The translations under genes and the position numbers were made by a program. The notes beneath the pieces are model-generated. The model saw only the letters and a list, made by a program, of their open reading frames with translations, had not been told where the DNA came from and did not search any database. A stretch of 64,000 nucleotides of DNA from an uncultured Planctomycetales bacterium (GTDB lineage: Bacteria > Omnitrophota > Gorgyraeia > Zapsychrales > JANLHA01): contig CAZAXH010000002.1 of the NCBI GenBank assembly GCA_964489065.1, forward strand, positions 120,099 through 184,098, given 5' to 3'. Shown here piece by piece: positions 62,031 to 64,000 of the stretch; within the stretch, counting starts at the first letter, position 1; the number at the start of each line of letters is the position of its first letter.

Positions 62031-63679
62031 TGAAAAGAAAGATTCCGCCGGTGTTGACCTTGTCTTTGATTTTATCCGCGCTTGAGATAGTGGCCTATCC
62101 GTATCCGGGGATCCTGTCTTGGCTGGCCTCCCGGTGCTGGCTGGCGCATGGCGCGTTTTATTTCTTCAGCAGTATCGCGTTTATTTATAAAACCCTGCGG
62201 CAGGATGTCCGGGAAAAAAATTTCCGCGGGCTGGTAATTTTCTTCCTGTTTGGCTGGATGATTTTGAATATCGCGGGGTCCCGGGGGATCGTCATTAACC
62301 ATGAAAGCACGCAACAGGTGGCTGATGGATGCGCCTTTTTCAAGCTGCCTGATTTTAATTACACGCAGACAGGGTTTTTTGGGTATCCCGCGCGGCAGTA
62401 TCTTGTCGTCGCCCTGCCGTCTTTGCTTTTGGGAAGAAGTCTTCTGGCACTCCGGTTAGGGTACGCCGGGGTTTTCCTGCTTGGGATTATGTTGTTTTAT
62501 TGCGGCCTGAACCGGTGCTTTTCTGAAAGCAAAACCGGGAGAACCCTGATCGCTCCGGTTATAACGCTGTCGCTCCTGTGTTTCCCCGTCGTTGTCAACA
62601 TCATGGCGGCCTGTGAACAGACCGTTTTGCCTATATCATTCACGCTTCAGGCGGCGGGGTGGTTTTTGTTATGCCTTAAAGCCGCCACGCCCGGGCGGCT
62701 GATCAGTTTAGCTTATGTCGGAGGGTTGCTGGCGACATCATACACTCCGGGGCTCGCCCCGTGGCTTTTACTGATCGTTTTGATGGGCTTGCGCGTGAAA
62801 CAGGACTTGCGGTTGAAACAGTTCGATCGCATGGCCCTGTGGTTGAGCGGAGCGGTGTTTGTCGCCGCTATCGGCGGCGCGTCATTCTTTACCCGGATAG
62901 ATATGCTTGCCCGGCAAAGCGGAGTCTGGGTCCCCGCTTCCGTGCGGTGGCCATATCTGGTGGCCGCCCTAAGAGAGATTTTTATCCCTTTGTTTTATGC
63001 ATTTTTGCCTTTGCCTGTCGTAATTTATGTCCTGTTGTCCTTGCTGAAAATGTTTCGCCCCCGGGATTTCTGGATATCCCTTTGGGCGGTGGTGACGATT
63101 TTCTTGGCGACCCAACTCGGCGGACTCGCAAGCCCGGCCCCTCCGTACAGTTTACACAGGGCGTTGGTGATTATCCCGCCGCTTTTGATATCGTTGGCTT
63201 TAACCATTGAGCCGTGGCTGGCTGGGCAGGGGAAGATATCCCCTAAGATCCTGTTGTTGGCTTTGGTTTTCGGGCTATTGATCCCGGCGAAGAATTTACG
63301 TGAAGGACTGAACCTGTGCAGGAGCGGGATCCGGGATAAGGTCGTTTATGACACCTTGGATGTGGTGCATACGTATGGGATTGACCCCAACGGTCCGTTA
63401 CGGTTTATCGTCGTCCCGGAGAATGTTGAATATTCCGGTCTGCATGATTGTTTCAGGTATTTTTATCCTAAATTTGAATTTTTATGGCGACAGGATATTG
63501 TCCTCAGGATGGGAATAGCCGATGTTCCGACTTTGGTTTATCTTGATGCGGAGAGTCCGATTGTCAGCGTTATGGAAATGCTTTGGACGCGGCGCGCGGA
63601 CTTGGCGGTGGTTCAGTTTTCTTTCCAGGAACAGAAGGTGCGATTTCTCCGGGGGGTTTATATTCCGGCTAAGAAATAA
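62030..63679 (+). CDS. polytopic membrane protein, possibly GT-C-fold glycosyltransferase-like
   Basis: 549 aa with >10 TM helices. Start overlaps the stop of the upstream gene (TAATG). No catalytic motif confidently recognised. Confidence 0.45.
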   Translation: MKRKIPPVLTLSLILSALEIVAYPYPGILSWLASRCWLAHGAFYFFSSIAFIYKTLRQDVREKNFRGLVIFFLFGWMILNIAGSRGIVINHESTQQVADGCAFFKLPDFNYTQTGFFGYPARQYLVVALPSLLLGRSLLALRLGYAGVFLLGIMLFYCGLNRCFSESKTGRTLIAPVITLSLLCFPVVVNIMAACEQTVLPISFTLQAAGWFLLCLKAATPGRLISLAYVGGLLATSYTPGLAPWLLLIVLMGLRVKQDLRLKQFDRMALWLSGAVFVAAIGGASFFTRIDMLARQSGVWVPASVRWPYLVAALREIFIPLFYAFLPLPVVIYVLLSLLKMFRPRDFWISLWAVVTIFLATQLGGLASPAPPYSLHRALVIIPPLLISLALTIEPWLAGQGKISPKILLLALVFGLLIPAKNLREGLNLCRSGIRDKVVYDTLDVVHTYGIDPNGPLRFIVVPENVEYSGLHDCFRYFYPKFEFLWRQDIVLRMGIADVPTLVYLDAESPIVSVMEMLWTRRADLAVVQFSFQEQKVRFLRGVYIPAKK

Positions 63680-63717
63680 AAGTTGCCGGATTTAACTGAA
63701 TAAGCGACAATATTTTT

Positions 63718-64000
63718 ATGATTCGATTTTTCATCAGTTTTCAGATGTTCCAGGGCATTTTTCTCGGGGTGCTTTTATCTTTGTTGTGCTGCCTGAAGCA
63801 CACGTGTGCTGTCCGGACACATCGGATTAAGACGGTTCTTTGCGCCGGCCTGGCTTATTTTGCTCTCCCTTCGGTGTTGTTTTGTTTTTCCTTGCCTTTG
63901 CCCCTTTTGCAACGTGTCGCGCTCTGCGCGCTGGTGACGTATTGTTTTCTTAACGCGGTTAAAAGAGTGAAAAAGAGCGAAACCCTGATACGTTCGGACC
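63718..64000 (+). CDS. membrane protein, N-terminal fragment (continues beyond the window)
   Basis: ATG followed by 94 stop-free codons to the window edge. Hydrophobic TM-like segments. Confidence 0.35.
   Translation, partial: MIRFFISFQMFQGIFLGVLLSLLCCLKHTCAVRTHRIKTVLCAGLAYFALPSVLFCFSLPLPLLQRVALCALVTYCFLNAVKRVKKSETLIRSD

Overview
This 64 kb window comes from a roughly 55% G+C diderm (Gram-negative-type) bacterium. The diderm call rests on Lol, Lpt, TonB-dependent receptor and outer-membrane protein genes.

The first ~25 kb is a dense same-strand housekeeping backbone: lysS 3' end, lolC/E-lolD, class IV aminotransferase, mcsA-mcsB-clpC, radA, a PIN/TRAM protein, ispD-ispF, cysE-cysS, tmk, holB, a PSP1/RicT-like protein, metG, mtnA, thiL, tsaE-tsaB and alr. 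Many of these genes overlap by ATGA or GTGA. Convergent lptF/lptG and comFC follow.

The second half is accessory-rich:
- a TonB-dependent receptor;
- a DUF134 regulator, MMPL/RND exporter, LolA-like protein and outer-membrane protein cluster;
- pyrE, maf, an M48 protease and a DUF192 protein;
- a giant 2052-aa ORF with a signal/anchor, a divergent HxGH-type nucleotidyltransferase-like segment and two tandemly duplicated receiver (REC) domains;
- an MBOAT O-acyltransferase pair, tRNA-Leu(CAG), lpdA and an AEC transporter;
- smpB followed by a clearly recognisable tmRNA (ssrA);
- directly 3' of ssrA, an abruptly AT-rich islet encoding a 4-TM protein and a 408-aa protein with a C-terminal PD-(D/E)xK nuclease motif;
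- a compositionally distinct GC-rich PAF-acetylhydrolase-like lipase and a cupin;
- a TsaA/TrmO-like methyltransferase;
- a cluster of secreted, transglutaminase-like, TPR and polytopic membrane proteins.

No CRISPR array, transposase or integrase was seen. The two items most worth follow-up are the giant REC-containing ORF and the tmRNA-flanking membrane-plus-nuclease islet, which is a candidate defence module.
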